64,000 bases of DNA from Selaginella moellendorffii (lineage: Eukaryota > Plantae > Lycopodiophyta). This document shows positions 50,911-61,325 of the stretch, piece by piece. The notes under the pieces are model-generated. The model was not told the DNA's origin. It ran no database searches and saw only the letters and a list, made by a program, of their open reading frames with translations. Location: assembly GCF_000143415.4 (NCBI RefSeq), contig NW_003314286.1:1363718-1427717 (forward strand), given 5' to 3'. The translations under genes were made by a program, and so were the position numbers. Position 1 is the stretch's first letter. Every line of letters starts with the position of its first letter.

Positions 50911-51705
50911 ATTGTGGAGTAGCGCCTTATCCCTGCCTACAAGGGCATGTTCCTGAGAGAGAATTCGCACAAATCAGAGGTATTTCAAGGAGAAACTAAT
51001 GAGTTTGGGAAAGCCAACCATGGATGCTTTGCTGTTAGCTCTCTCAATCCTCTGAGTGACGCTGGCTCTCGCGGATAAACGCTCGTCTCGAGGAGATACT
51101 GCGTCAATGGAGAAAATCTAGAGATCAGAGCATTTGGAAAATTGGAAGTACCTGATAGAGAGCGTCGCTCTTGAGGAGGCTCTTGTGACCAAGAGTTTGG
51201 TGTTTGCTAGCTTCGTCCTTTGCTTTGCCATTAGAAGAACTCCCGTTTGCATGCCCGTTTTCCAGCACTGCTCCCACATTTCCATTTGCAGTGGCATGAG
51301 TTGAAGGCTTCGATTTCGCTTGTCCATTGGGAATCATGGGAGTAGCAACGCCATCGCTAAACTCCACGCTCACCATAATGTGCACGGAGAACCAAGAAAA
51401 CTCCTACAGACTGTGATGTAATTGGCTTCCACCTTTCACATTCAGTTCCGTACTCTCAAGCACGTCAAGTCTGGAAGACACAGAGAAAACTCTTGCACAG
51501 AAACTAGCCGCTGCTGCTGCTGCCACTCAAAGATCAAATCAATCAGTCACCATTCACGAGAGAAGAGAAAAAGAGAAGCAGACCTGTCAAATGGAACAAC
51601 TTGAGAGTTGGGCTCGCCAGATGCTCCCTAAAACAAGGAAAATATGCCTCGCGATGCGGTATAAAGTACACAGGAGGAGTTTGCAGATCACCAATCCCTG
51701 TAACA

Positions 51706-52147
51706 CAGTGGCACAGCGTGGGATGGCTGCCCGGAGCGATTGGAGGTGCTCAAGGGCTATGGCTGCGTGGGACTGGGGGGGAAGCTCTACGTTCTTGGAG
51801 GAACGCAGGAGAGGGATTTTGGCGGCGGCTGCCACAGGGATCTCCGCGTGAGGAGCGAGGTGCTGGCCTACGATTGCATCGGCGGGCGGTGGAAGCAGTG
51901 CGCGAGCATGCGCAAGGCGCGAGTGGATTTCGCGTGTAGCGTCTCCGGCGGGCGGGTTTTCGTGGTGTGGATCGATGGGAGGAGCTCCCAGACATTCAAG
52001 AGTTCTTGAGGATTTTAGGTGGGAAAGTCTCTTCGATCTACCGATCCGGCGACCAGCTCAATCACTTCGATCGATGTGTACGACGAGCGGCTCAAGATGT
52101 GGAAAACGATCCGGGGCTCCAACCCGGGGAGGATATCAAGTGCACGG
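51706..52147 (+). pseudogene. Deletion-riddled DNA copy of the F-box/kelch gene (source ~30102-30869)
   Basis: Near-identical blocks including part of the parent intron (caagagttcttgaggattttaggtgggaaagt). Confidence 0.9.
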
Positions 52148-52340
52148 AGCTCAAGAAAACCCTAGCTAAGTGCTAATCTAAATACGCTTTCTAATTAGCC
52201 CAGAAAATATAGTTTAATCTCCACCTTTTACCCACCCTAAAATCTAGAATGTCTAGTCAAAATCAATCAATCCATAACAAGATTTCAAATTTTACTATAA
52301 ATTGGTAAATTACCACAACATAAATGGGTAGTGAAACTTT

Positions 52341-52587
52341 ATGACATTCTCCATGTGCAATCATATATTCATTGCAATACATCTTTGGATATTCAGTGGT
52401 TTTTGGATTTCTTATGTGGATGAATTTATTTTATTGCCATTCCATTTTTGCACAAGTATATAACAAATTTTTCATATTTACAAAAAATTTGTAATCCACT
52501 TCATATAACTCAATCATAGATTTTAGGTGAATGGTGCACATGAAACAATAAAATCCATCTGAAAACAAAGAAAAAAATGAGAAAGAT
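52341..52587. repeat. AT-rich dispersed repeat, copy 2
   Basis: Matches 41633-41874. Confidence 0.75.
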
Positions 52588-53121
52588 GGAGCTTTAGTTT
52601 TTTAGGTTGACTAAAAGGAGTTGCTTTGTTTGTTACTACTTTAGTTTTACTTTATCCTCTTGACTAATGGTTTAGCTTGCTTTAAAGATGTATTATATTT
52701 ATCTTCTCATTATTCAAATTTTTTTGTTAGATAAATAAGTTCTTCTGGTTTAAATTGAAAGATATTAATATTTTTATCTAGAATCTTCAAATTATTGTAT
52801 ACTATTACCATAAATGCTTAATTGTTTGGAATTTTATCAAGTATACTTATCATCAATAATAAAAGTTTCTCCTATGTAGTTTTAATAGATTTCATCTCTT
52901 ATATATAAAGTTTTGAATTTAGAATTTTTAGGATGTCACTTAACCCAATACTATTAAAACTTAAATATGTTTAATCTTAAATATCCCAAAACCTTTAATC
53001 AATTAAAAAAAGGCTCTTGTTATGGGCCTTTTCCCTTTATATTTAAACCCTTATAGATTATTTCTTAAATTGTTTCCTTTAGTTACTTATATTATACTCT
53101 AATATTTTGTACTCTTAATTT

Positions 53122-53123
<2 letters not shown>

Positions 53124-53192
<69 letters not shown>
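53124..53192. repeat. (AT)n microsatellite, ~34 units
   Basis: Directly visible. Confidence 0.97.
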
Positions 53193-53197
<5 letters not shown>

Positions 53198-53428
53198 CAT
53201 ATGTTAGAAATTCTTCATTTGTCAAAACAAAGATATTAGATTCTATGAGTGCTTGGAATATAAAAAGGGAATACAAAAAATGTGCATATCAATTAGCCCA
53301 AAAACCTTAGCTTATATATAAAAGTGAATGGTTTGGATTAAAACCAATTCAACGGTTACCAAAATCCCACTACGCTAATATTAGTATATGGTATCGTAGC
53401 CGTACACTCGAACTTCACATCATCCCCT

Positions 53429-55390
53429 TGTAAGGAACCGACTCCCCAAAACGATGGGCTTACTCAAGAGAAAGTACCATTGGCCAGATATGGCTAAGGA
53501 CGTCCAAGACTATGTAAAGACATGTCCAACATGTCAGTAGGTAAAAGCCGTGACTAAGGCTGGTGGGGGCTTGTTGCAAAGCATCCCAATTCCAGATCGT
53601 CCGTGGAAATGTCTTACGATGGACTTCATCACAGGACTCCCCCCAAGCGAGGGGTTTGATGCGATATTCGTGGTGGTGGACCGATTTTCGAAAATGGCAC
53701 ATTTCATACCCACCACAATGGAGGTGGATGCGGAAGGTGTGGCGAAGTTGTTCTTCGAACAAGTGGTTCGAGTGCGGGGAAGACCGGAAGAGATCATCTC
53801 AGATCGAGATAAGATCTTCACTAGTAGGTTCTGGAGGACTCTCCTAGAACAGTATCGCACCAAGTTGAAATTCAGCACAGCCTATCACCCACAGACAGGT
53901 ATGGGGTATTAAGTCAAGTTGTTGGCACTAACACTTCTTGACAGACGGACAAACGGAAAGGGTGAATAGGCAGCTGGAGGATTATTTGCGATGCTATGTC
54001 TCGGGAGACCAGACCGATTGGGTAAGTCATATGGGACTTGCGGAAATGTGTTATAACAACTCACCACATTCGAGTATCGGGGTGAGTCCATGGGAAGTCA
54101 TCAATGGGCGAGCTATTGAAGGTCCTGTGGAACTCGGCGTGGCCGAGTATCATGGAGAGTTGCCCGCAGTGGAGGCATTCACAGCGGAAAGACTCAGCAT
54201 TTGGAATCTAGTGAGGGATTCTTTGGAGTGGGCTCAACAAAGGCAAACCAAATACGCGAACCAGAAGCGTCGGGATGTAGAGTTCCAAGCTGGGGAGAAG
54301 GCGTGGCTGAACACCAAGAACCTCAGACTACCAAGTGGGATCAGCCGAAAGTTGACCCAAAGGTAAAGATGCATGTATTCCTGTAAATGAATTGATCTTG
54401 AGTTCCTTAAGCAGGTTAACGGGCCTTACGAGATTGAGGCACGAATCGGTAAAGTGGCTTACCGACTCTGACTTCCTCGAGAGATGGGGAAGATGCACCC
54501 AGTGTTCCATGTGAACTTACTCAAGCCGTACTTTGCGGATCCGCTTTGCAAGGACCAAGTGAGACCTTTACCTGAGGTTATCCAAGGGGAAGAGGAATAC
54601 GAAGTCGAGGCCATCCTCAATGCGCGCAAGAGCAAGCGACAAGGACGCGAGGTGAGAGAGTTCTATGTGAAGTGGAAAGGATTTCCACACTGCGAAGCAA
54701 CATAGGAACCGGAGGAGAACCTAGCGAACGCGCGAGATCTAGTGGAGGAATTTCTGCAAGGCAGAACTCTATGTACTTATGCAAAATTCAATTAAAAATA
54801 TCAATTTGCAAAGTTGAGCAAGTGGCATATGTTGGGACCCGGAGGTGCGCCGAAGGTAAGCTAATTAGCATGGGTTGGATAGGTCGACTAGGCGTAGGGC
54901 ACTACGCCCGACTCCCCGCGGGGATGTCAAATCCGTAGACGTATTCTACGGAGGTTGGGTTCAAGTCCCAACCCCCTAATAAAGCAAGGCTGGGTTCAAG
55001 TCCCGACCCCATACTAGGGCGTGGTGAGGTGAGGAGTATAGGGACACCTATATTTCGTTGTCATGGGCTCTTGGCCGGGGAGGCTAACTTAGGCACACCG
55101 CTAAGTGGGGGGATGCCCCCGGAGACATGGTCAACAAGTCATAGGATGAAAAGAGACATTCAATGTGGGCATCGAACTTCTTCTATGGGTGGTGGAGTTG
55201 TAAGGAACCGACTCCCCGAGATGTCGTAGGCTAAAGGATCCCCAAAAGCTTGACCAAAATGACAAAGAGTTCATCAAATGGGACCAAGTCGAGGATCGAG
55301 TCCAAGACCGACTCTAGGACCGAGTTCGAGATAGAGTCCGGAATCGAGTCCGAGACCGACTTGGGGACCGAGTTTGAGTTTGAGTTTGAG
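53429..55390 (+). mobile_element. Internally deleted Ty3/Gypsy chromovirus: LTR stub, integrase with two intron-like inserts, chromodomain, structured 3' region, PPT and 3' LTR start
   Basis: TGTAAGGAACCGACTCCCC at 53429 and 55199, the latter after a purine-rich tract. YHWP...C..CQ, MDFITGLP, VVVDRFSK, ISDRD, YHPQT|DGQTER, GPY, HPVFHV, chromodomain EYEVEAIL...VKWKG. Confidence 0.85.
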
Positions 55391-58208
55391 ACATGAAATA
55401 CCTCAGCCATAAAATGTAGGACTATTGTCCGAAAGAATCCACTCTAAACAAAAATGCTGGAACACCATTCGATTGAGGAGGAAGTATCCAACAACAGTTG
55501 TAGAGGCACTAGTAAAAGCACCAACTTCCACCCAAAGAGTTAAATAGTCAAAAGCAATAATAATATACTCATTGCTAACAGTCTGCCATGGAAAAGGTCC
55601 CATAAGATCAAATACCACCAACTCAAGCAGGGGGTTCCAAAAGTATAGTAGGGATAGTGAGGTCCAGGAATCAGTCTTGAAGGAACTCTCCAGTGGTGCT
55701 TCCAAACTGACTTGAGGTTGAGACTGGGGCCGAGGGGCCTTGGGTGGGAGTGAGCATGGGCTTGGGTGGTGCCGGAGGGGCCACCCAGGGAAGTGCTCAA
55801 GAGCAGCTCCCACTCCCGAAAGGGAAACCGACTGCGGTGCTCCCGGCTCAGGTGGAGTGGTGCCCCACTTGAGTACCTTGTGGCTCATTGGTCCTCGCCC
55901 TTCCTAGGGGCTTGGGCCTTCCCTTCGGGATGGAAGTGGGGGGGTAGAGGTACCCATACCGGGCCGTTAGGCCACGGTGTTTCGCCCCGACGTCCCGAAG
56001 CAAGTGCTGCACCCAAGACTTGGGATTTAGAGGGTCCCATGATCAAGTCTTGTGGTACCAAGGGGTGTTAGGAATCTGGAGGCTTGGTGTGCTTGGCTGT
56101 TTGTGCCTGTGGGGAGTGTAGCCGAACCTTAAGTCCAGTGTAACCCGGGGAGGGGGATTGGGAGAGATTTGGGAATCCATAGATGGATGGCTAACACTCC
56201 GTTGCCAGTAAGTAGCTGAAACCAAGTAGGACCAAGTAGGAGCTAGTACCATAGGCATGAACCTAGGTGAGGGAACTTAGCACAAGCCAAGGCAGAGTTG
56301 GTCAGATAGACGAGGTAAGCTGGCAAAATTGGAAAGGAAAAATTTGTGGCTTACACCCCTCCTCTCGGAATAATAGAAGACCATTAAGGTTCTCTTGTAG
56401 ATAAACTAAGATCTGGAGGAATGTCAAGAGGAGGCATCGGTAGATTTGTAGGTGGTATTAATTGTTCCTAATCCCTTTGTATGAAGCGTTTCAATTGCTA
56501 CACATGCACAATCTTTGGAGGGTCAGCTTGCTAGACATCATGCCGAACCTCATAAACTTGTGGTCTAACTTGCCACAGCATTCGATATAGTCCTTTCTAC
56601 TTAGCAAGGAGCCCCTTAAATAAACCACGTACTGTAAAATGTGGAAAACAGACTAACACTAAGTCATCCACTTTGTACTCCATAGGTGGACGATGATGGA
56701 AGTTGTAGCGTTGTTGTTGTCCCACTTGTATACGGCTTAAGTGTTCGATAGACTCTACTCGGACAAGTGGATGAATGTTTGTTAAATACTAATCCCACGA
56801 CCTAGCATTGGCAGCTCGTGGCAATTGCGAAAGTAAACTCAACTCCGTTGATAATATTAGATGATGACTATAGAAAAGTTTATATAGTGAAGCACTAACA
56901 AAACTCTACACCCTTGTGACATATGCATACCAAAGAGACGGTAAATAACTATCTCAATCTGAATGCTGAAAGTTCACATACTTCGCAATCATCCCTTTGG
57001 ACGTCTAAACGAGCTATTCCACCAAACCGTCTGATTATGGATGATAAGCACTCATGAAAATGTGGTGATCCCCAACTGAGACGTCAAAACATGAAATACC
57101 TCAGCCATAAAATGTAGGACTATTGTCCGAAAGAATCCACTCTAAACAAAAATGCTGGAACACCATTCGATTGAGGAGGAAGTATCCAACAACAGTTGTA
57201 GAGGCACTAGTAAAAGCACCAACTTCCACCCAATAAGTTAAATAGTCAAAAGCAATAATAATATACTCATTGCTAACAGTCGATCATGGAAAAGGTCCCA
57301 TAAGATCAAATACCACCAACTCAAATGGACGGGAAACTGCAATTGACTCCAACTGTCCTCCTGAGGCACGAGGGGGAGTATTACAGGCTTGGCACCAAAA
57401 ACAATTACATATATACCGGATAACATCATATCGCATCTTTGGCCAATAGAAAAACTTGTGTAGCTTCTTAGTCACACGACAATGTCCCATATGCCTGCCT
57501 AGAATAGGAGAATCATAATAGGCATAGAGAAACCGTGGAATAAATATAGAAGGCACCACCAGCTGTAAAGGATCATCAAAATCCATCCCTATAAAATAAA
57601 GAAAGTTGTCCTCAAGGCGATATTGAGAATGTAAATAAAGTTATTAGCAAGTGATGCAAAATTCTCAAATCCACCTCGAAGCCTTCGAATTCATAGCTTA
57701 ATCTTTTGAGCCTCACGAACCTCATCAAGAGAAATTAGATCTTGCTCTGCACCTTGTGAACACTAAACATCAAGTATAACAACTGCCGATGGCACAAAAT
57801 CCTCGTTTAGAAAATTCACAGATGCTGGAACAATAGGCTTGTCAGAAACATGAGAAAAGAGTGGAGAAGGAAGAGAATCTCGAGAAAGGGCATCAGCATC
57901 AGCTATAAAATTCCCTAGGCAATGAACAACAACAAAATCATATATATGAAGCTTCAAAGCCCATTGAACAGTATGATTAACCAGGTTCTTTTGCTTCAAT
58001 AATGAAGTAACTGTAGCATGATCACCTTCAAGTAACGTCCAAGAACCATGTAAATATGCATGAAACTTCTCGAAACCCCAAATTGATGCTAAACATTCCT
58101 CCGTCGTGGAATAATTCACCGCCGCTAGTTGTAATGTATGGCTTATATATGCAATGGGATGGCGTTGACTAGACACACGCTTAGGCTCTCTTGCATTAAC
58201 ACACCTCT
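55391..58208 (-). mobile_element. Older degenerate Gypsy pol remnant (RNase H/integrase) with a ~235 bp duplicated segment (55391-55627 = 57089-57324)
   Basis: HPIAYIS.TL...NYSTTE, ADALSR, H.GH...FYWP.M...CFWCQ, FDLMGPFP, DYLT.WVE, ILSDN. Continues at 63870-64000. The origin of 55630-57080 is unclear. Confidence 0.7.
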
Positions 58209-58595
58209 TGTCAGGAATCCCCCAATTCATACCACATTCCTGAATCTCGCTAGATTCCTGACCTGTAGACCACATTCTTGACTCTCGAGACAGTTCCCTA
58301 TTCCTGACTCTCGAGACTTTTCCCTATTCCTGACTCTCTGATTTCCTATACGATTCCTGAGTCTTGAGCCACATTCCTGATGATGATGTGGCACCTCCTC
58401 GACCTCAGCTATATTTAGGCCGTCCTCGATCCAAGAGTGGTGGAGCTTCATCAACCTATAGTATATATAGGTTAGCCTTGTTCCATTTCTCCACAATCTG
58501 AATCAACACCAGTCTAAAGCCTCTTTTTTGTTTCCATTAGTTTTTCTCTTTGTCTTTTGCATTTTCCAGTCTTGATCTTGTTGGGGGTCTTGACA
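58209..58595 (+). repeat. 5' LTR
   Basis: TGTCAGGA...TCTTGACA, internal ~26 bp attcctgactctcgagac repeats, TATA at 58462. Confidence 0.95.
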
Positions 58596-61213
58596 GTTTG
58601 ATTTAGATTGTATTTTTTCATTTTTTTTTCCATTAGCTTATTTTGATTGTTTGACTGCCTTTGCCTTTTTTCCCCCTTTTTCTTTCTTTCTGCCGATGGA
58701 GTTTCCAAGCCATCCTGATTTCTTTGCTGAAGTCCTTGCAAAAATCCAGTCTGAGAATACCGAGCTGAAGGCGACCCTTCTTCGCATGCAGCAGAAGCTT
58801 GCTTCACTTTCGGCTCAAGGATCCAGCAAAGTTCCTGAACCAAAGGTGAGTTTCCCGGCGAAAATTTCAGGCAAGCGTTCGGAGCTTTGTAGATTCCTGA
58901 ACCAAATGGAGCTGATCTTCACACTTCAACATTGACAGTACCCCACTCCCGAGTCTCAAATCGGCACGATTGGGACATTGCTCGAAGGTGTAGCTTTGTC
59001 ATGGTTTTCTCCTCTTCTGGAGAAGAGCATGAAAGGGGTCGTGGTTCTGGAGGTGATGGATCTTCAATTGTTCAAAGAGAAGCTCAAAGCATGTTTTGGC
59101 AAGACGGATCAGGGTCGGGCTGCTACCACAAAGATGAGATGTCTCTCTCAGGGGTCTCGTCCTGCCTCGATCTACGCTGTAGAGTTCCAACTCCTTGCCT
59201 TGGACACTCAGTGGGATGAGCGGGACCTGATTGACCAATTTCGATTCGGCCTCAACAACGGTGTCAAGGATTTGTTGCTCACCATGGAGGATCCCAAGGA
59301 CCTGTCGGACGCCATCAACAAAGCTGTTCGATGTGACAATCATCTCTTTGAGCATCGTCAGGAAAGTCACCGTGCCGCTGTTTTTCCGTCCTAGACTTAG
59401 GAATCCCAGCTTGAGTCTTTGGGGCATACTCCTGAACCTACTGCTCCGGTCCCGATGGATATTTCTGGTACTCCCCGACTCATCAAAGTGAAGTTGAGTC
59501 CTGTTGAGAAGCAATGTCGAATATCTCATAATATTTGCCTCTACTGTGCTGATCCTAATCACAAAGCAGCTATGTGTCCCAAGAAGCCTCCCCAACTGCT
59601 CGAGTTCACTCTGCCTCAAAATCCACCTTTGTTGTAGTCGGGAAACGACCCTGTCCAAACAGAGTAGGAGCTGTCTGTTTAGACTCCCCGAATAAAAATC
59701 ACTTTTCTTCTTTATCAAGCTCCTCACCACCTTTCATCAAAGCCACCACCAATACCCGCAACTTCCGCATCCCATGTCTTCTTTCTTTCACCGGACAATC
59801 AGGACTCAAGGCTCTGGTGCTACTGGACTGGGGTGCAACTTCCTGCTTCATGGACACGGACTTTGCTGCCCGACATCATGTTCCTCTTTCTTCTACCATA
59901 TGGGATCTGAGGGTTGAAGGCATCGGTGGGCATTTTGTGTCTCCATCTTCTGGACTTAGGGAAATGTTGCCCATTTGAGTACACATCGGGTCCACTGTCA
60001 CCGATATTGCGTTCAACATCATCAACAGCAAGTCCTCCTCTGTGGTGCTCGGTCTTTCTTGGTTCCAACTACATCAGCCTTAGATCTGTTGGAAGGAATT
60101 ACAGCTCATCTCTCCCACATCACCATCTCCCATGGCTTCCCCTGCTGTTCATCGAGTCCGAATCAAGAAAAGTTCCCTAAACTCAAATCAGGGTTCTGTT
60201 CTTGACTCTACGAAGTTTTCACCCTCTTCTTTTTCCTCTTTTCCATCTTACACTGGACAGTATCCTCGTCTCATCATTCCATTTAGTCGTATGCTTCCTC
60301 CTATCTCCACAATCACTATGAAAGAACTCCTTCATAAAGAACTTATTTTCTTTTTTGCTTTGCATGTTTCTCCTGTCAATCTTCCTGAGAAGTATCATGA
60401 TTTTGGGGACGTGTTTGACAAGAAAAAAGCTAGTGTATTGCATGTTCATCGGCCTTATGACTGTCCCATTGATTTACAGGAAGGAGCGTCACCTCCGTGG
60501 GGGCCTATCTACAGGTTATCCCCGTCCGAGCTTAAGGCCCTCAAAGAGTACGTGGATGAGAACCTTGCTTCGGGGTACATTCAACATTCGCAGTCCCTGG
60601 CTGGAGTGCCTGTCTTCTTTGTCAAGAAGAAGGATGGGAGTTTGCAGTTAGTCATCGACTACCAAGGTTTGAACAAAGTGACTGTTCAGAACCGTTATTC
60701 GTTGCCCCTGATCTCGGACTTGTTGGAACGCCTTGGTGGTGCCTGCTTATTCACCAAGATCGACCTCCATAGAGCATACAACCTGATCCGGATCCGGCCT
60801 GGTGATGAATGGAAGACTGTGTTCCAAACCCGCTGTGGCCACTTCGAGTACACTATCATGCCATTTGGCTTGACAAATGCTCCAACAGTTTTTCAACACA
60901 TGGCGAACGACGTCTTTCAGGAGTTTCTTGATCAGATGGTGATCGTCTACCTCGATGACATCCTCATCTACTCAAAAACTCAAGAGGAGCACGACGAACA
61001 TGTACGCAAGGTGCTGGCGAAGCTACAAGAACACAACCTATATGCGAAGCTTGAGAAATTTCCTTCGATCAGCAGTTTGTGGAGTTCCTTGGGTACATTG
61101 TCACTCCTGAGGGTATCACAATGGATCCTGCCAAAGTCAAGACTATTCTCGAATGGGAGCCTCCACAATCAATGTCAGACATTCAGGTTTTCCTTGGCTT
61201 CGCTAACTTCTAC

Positions 61214-61325
61214 CGCAAATTCATTTATCACTAATCTGACATTGTCCTTCCTCTCACGCATCTCACTCGCAAATTCATTTATCACTAATCTGACATTGTC
61301 CTTCCTCTCACGCATCTCACTCGCA
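61214..61325 (+). repeat. 54 bp exact tandem duplication in pol
   Basis: cgcaaattcatttatcactaatctgacattgtccttcctctcacgcatctcact occurs twice, bounded by CGCAA microhomology. Confidence 0.9.

Larger units (their letters stand above)
43692..51376 (-). pseudogene. CCoAOMT: Caffeoyl-CoA O-methyltransferase gene split in exon 3 by a ~6.5 kb insertion
   Basis: Exons 1-2 at ~51019-51376 encode [12 protein letters not shown]|[12 protein letters not shown]...KHPW|NM. The gene resumes at ~44444 with [19 protein letters not shown] and continues [27 protein letters not shown]. Confidence 0.88.

Noticed and set aside
8359-51376. Biosynthetic gene cluster (UGT, GDSL, hydrolase, reductase, OMT)
   Set aside because: No scaffold-forming enzyme, the genes are interspersed with housekeeping genes, and the OMT is disrupted.
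54953-55008. tRNA gene
   Set aside because: Only isolated T-arm-like hairpins, with no D arm, anticodon arm or acceptor stem.
58230-58380. CRISPR-like short repeats (also 55280-55390)
   Set aside because: Eukaryotic context, no unique spacers and no cas genes; these are LTR U3 tandem repeats.
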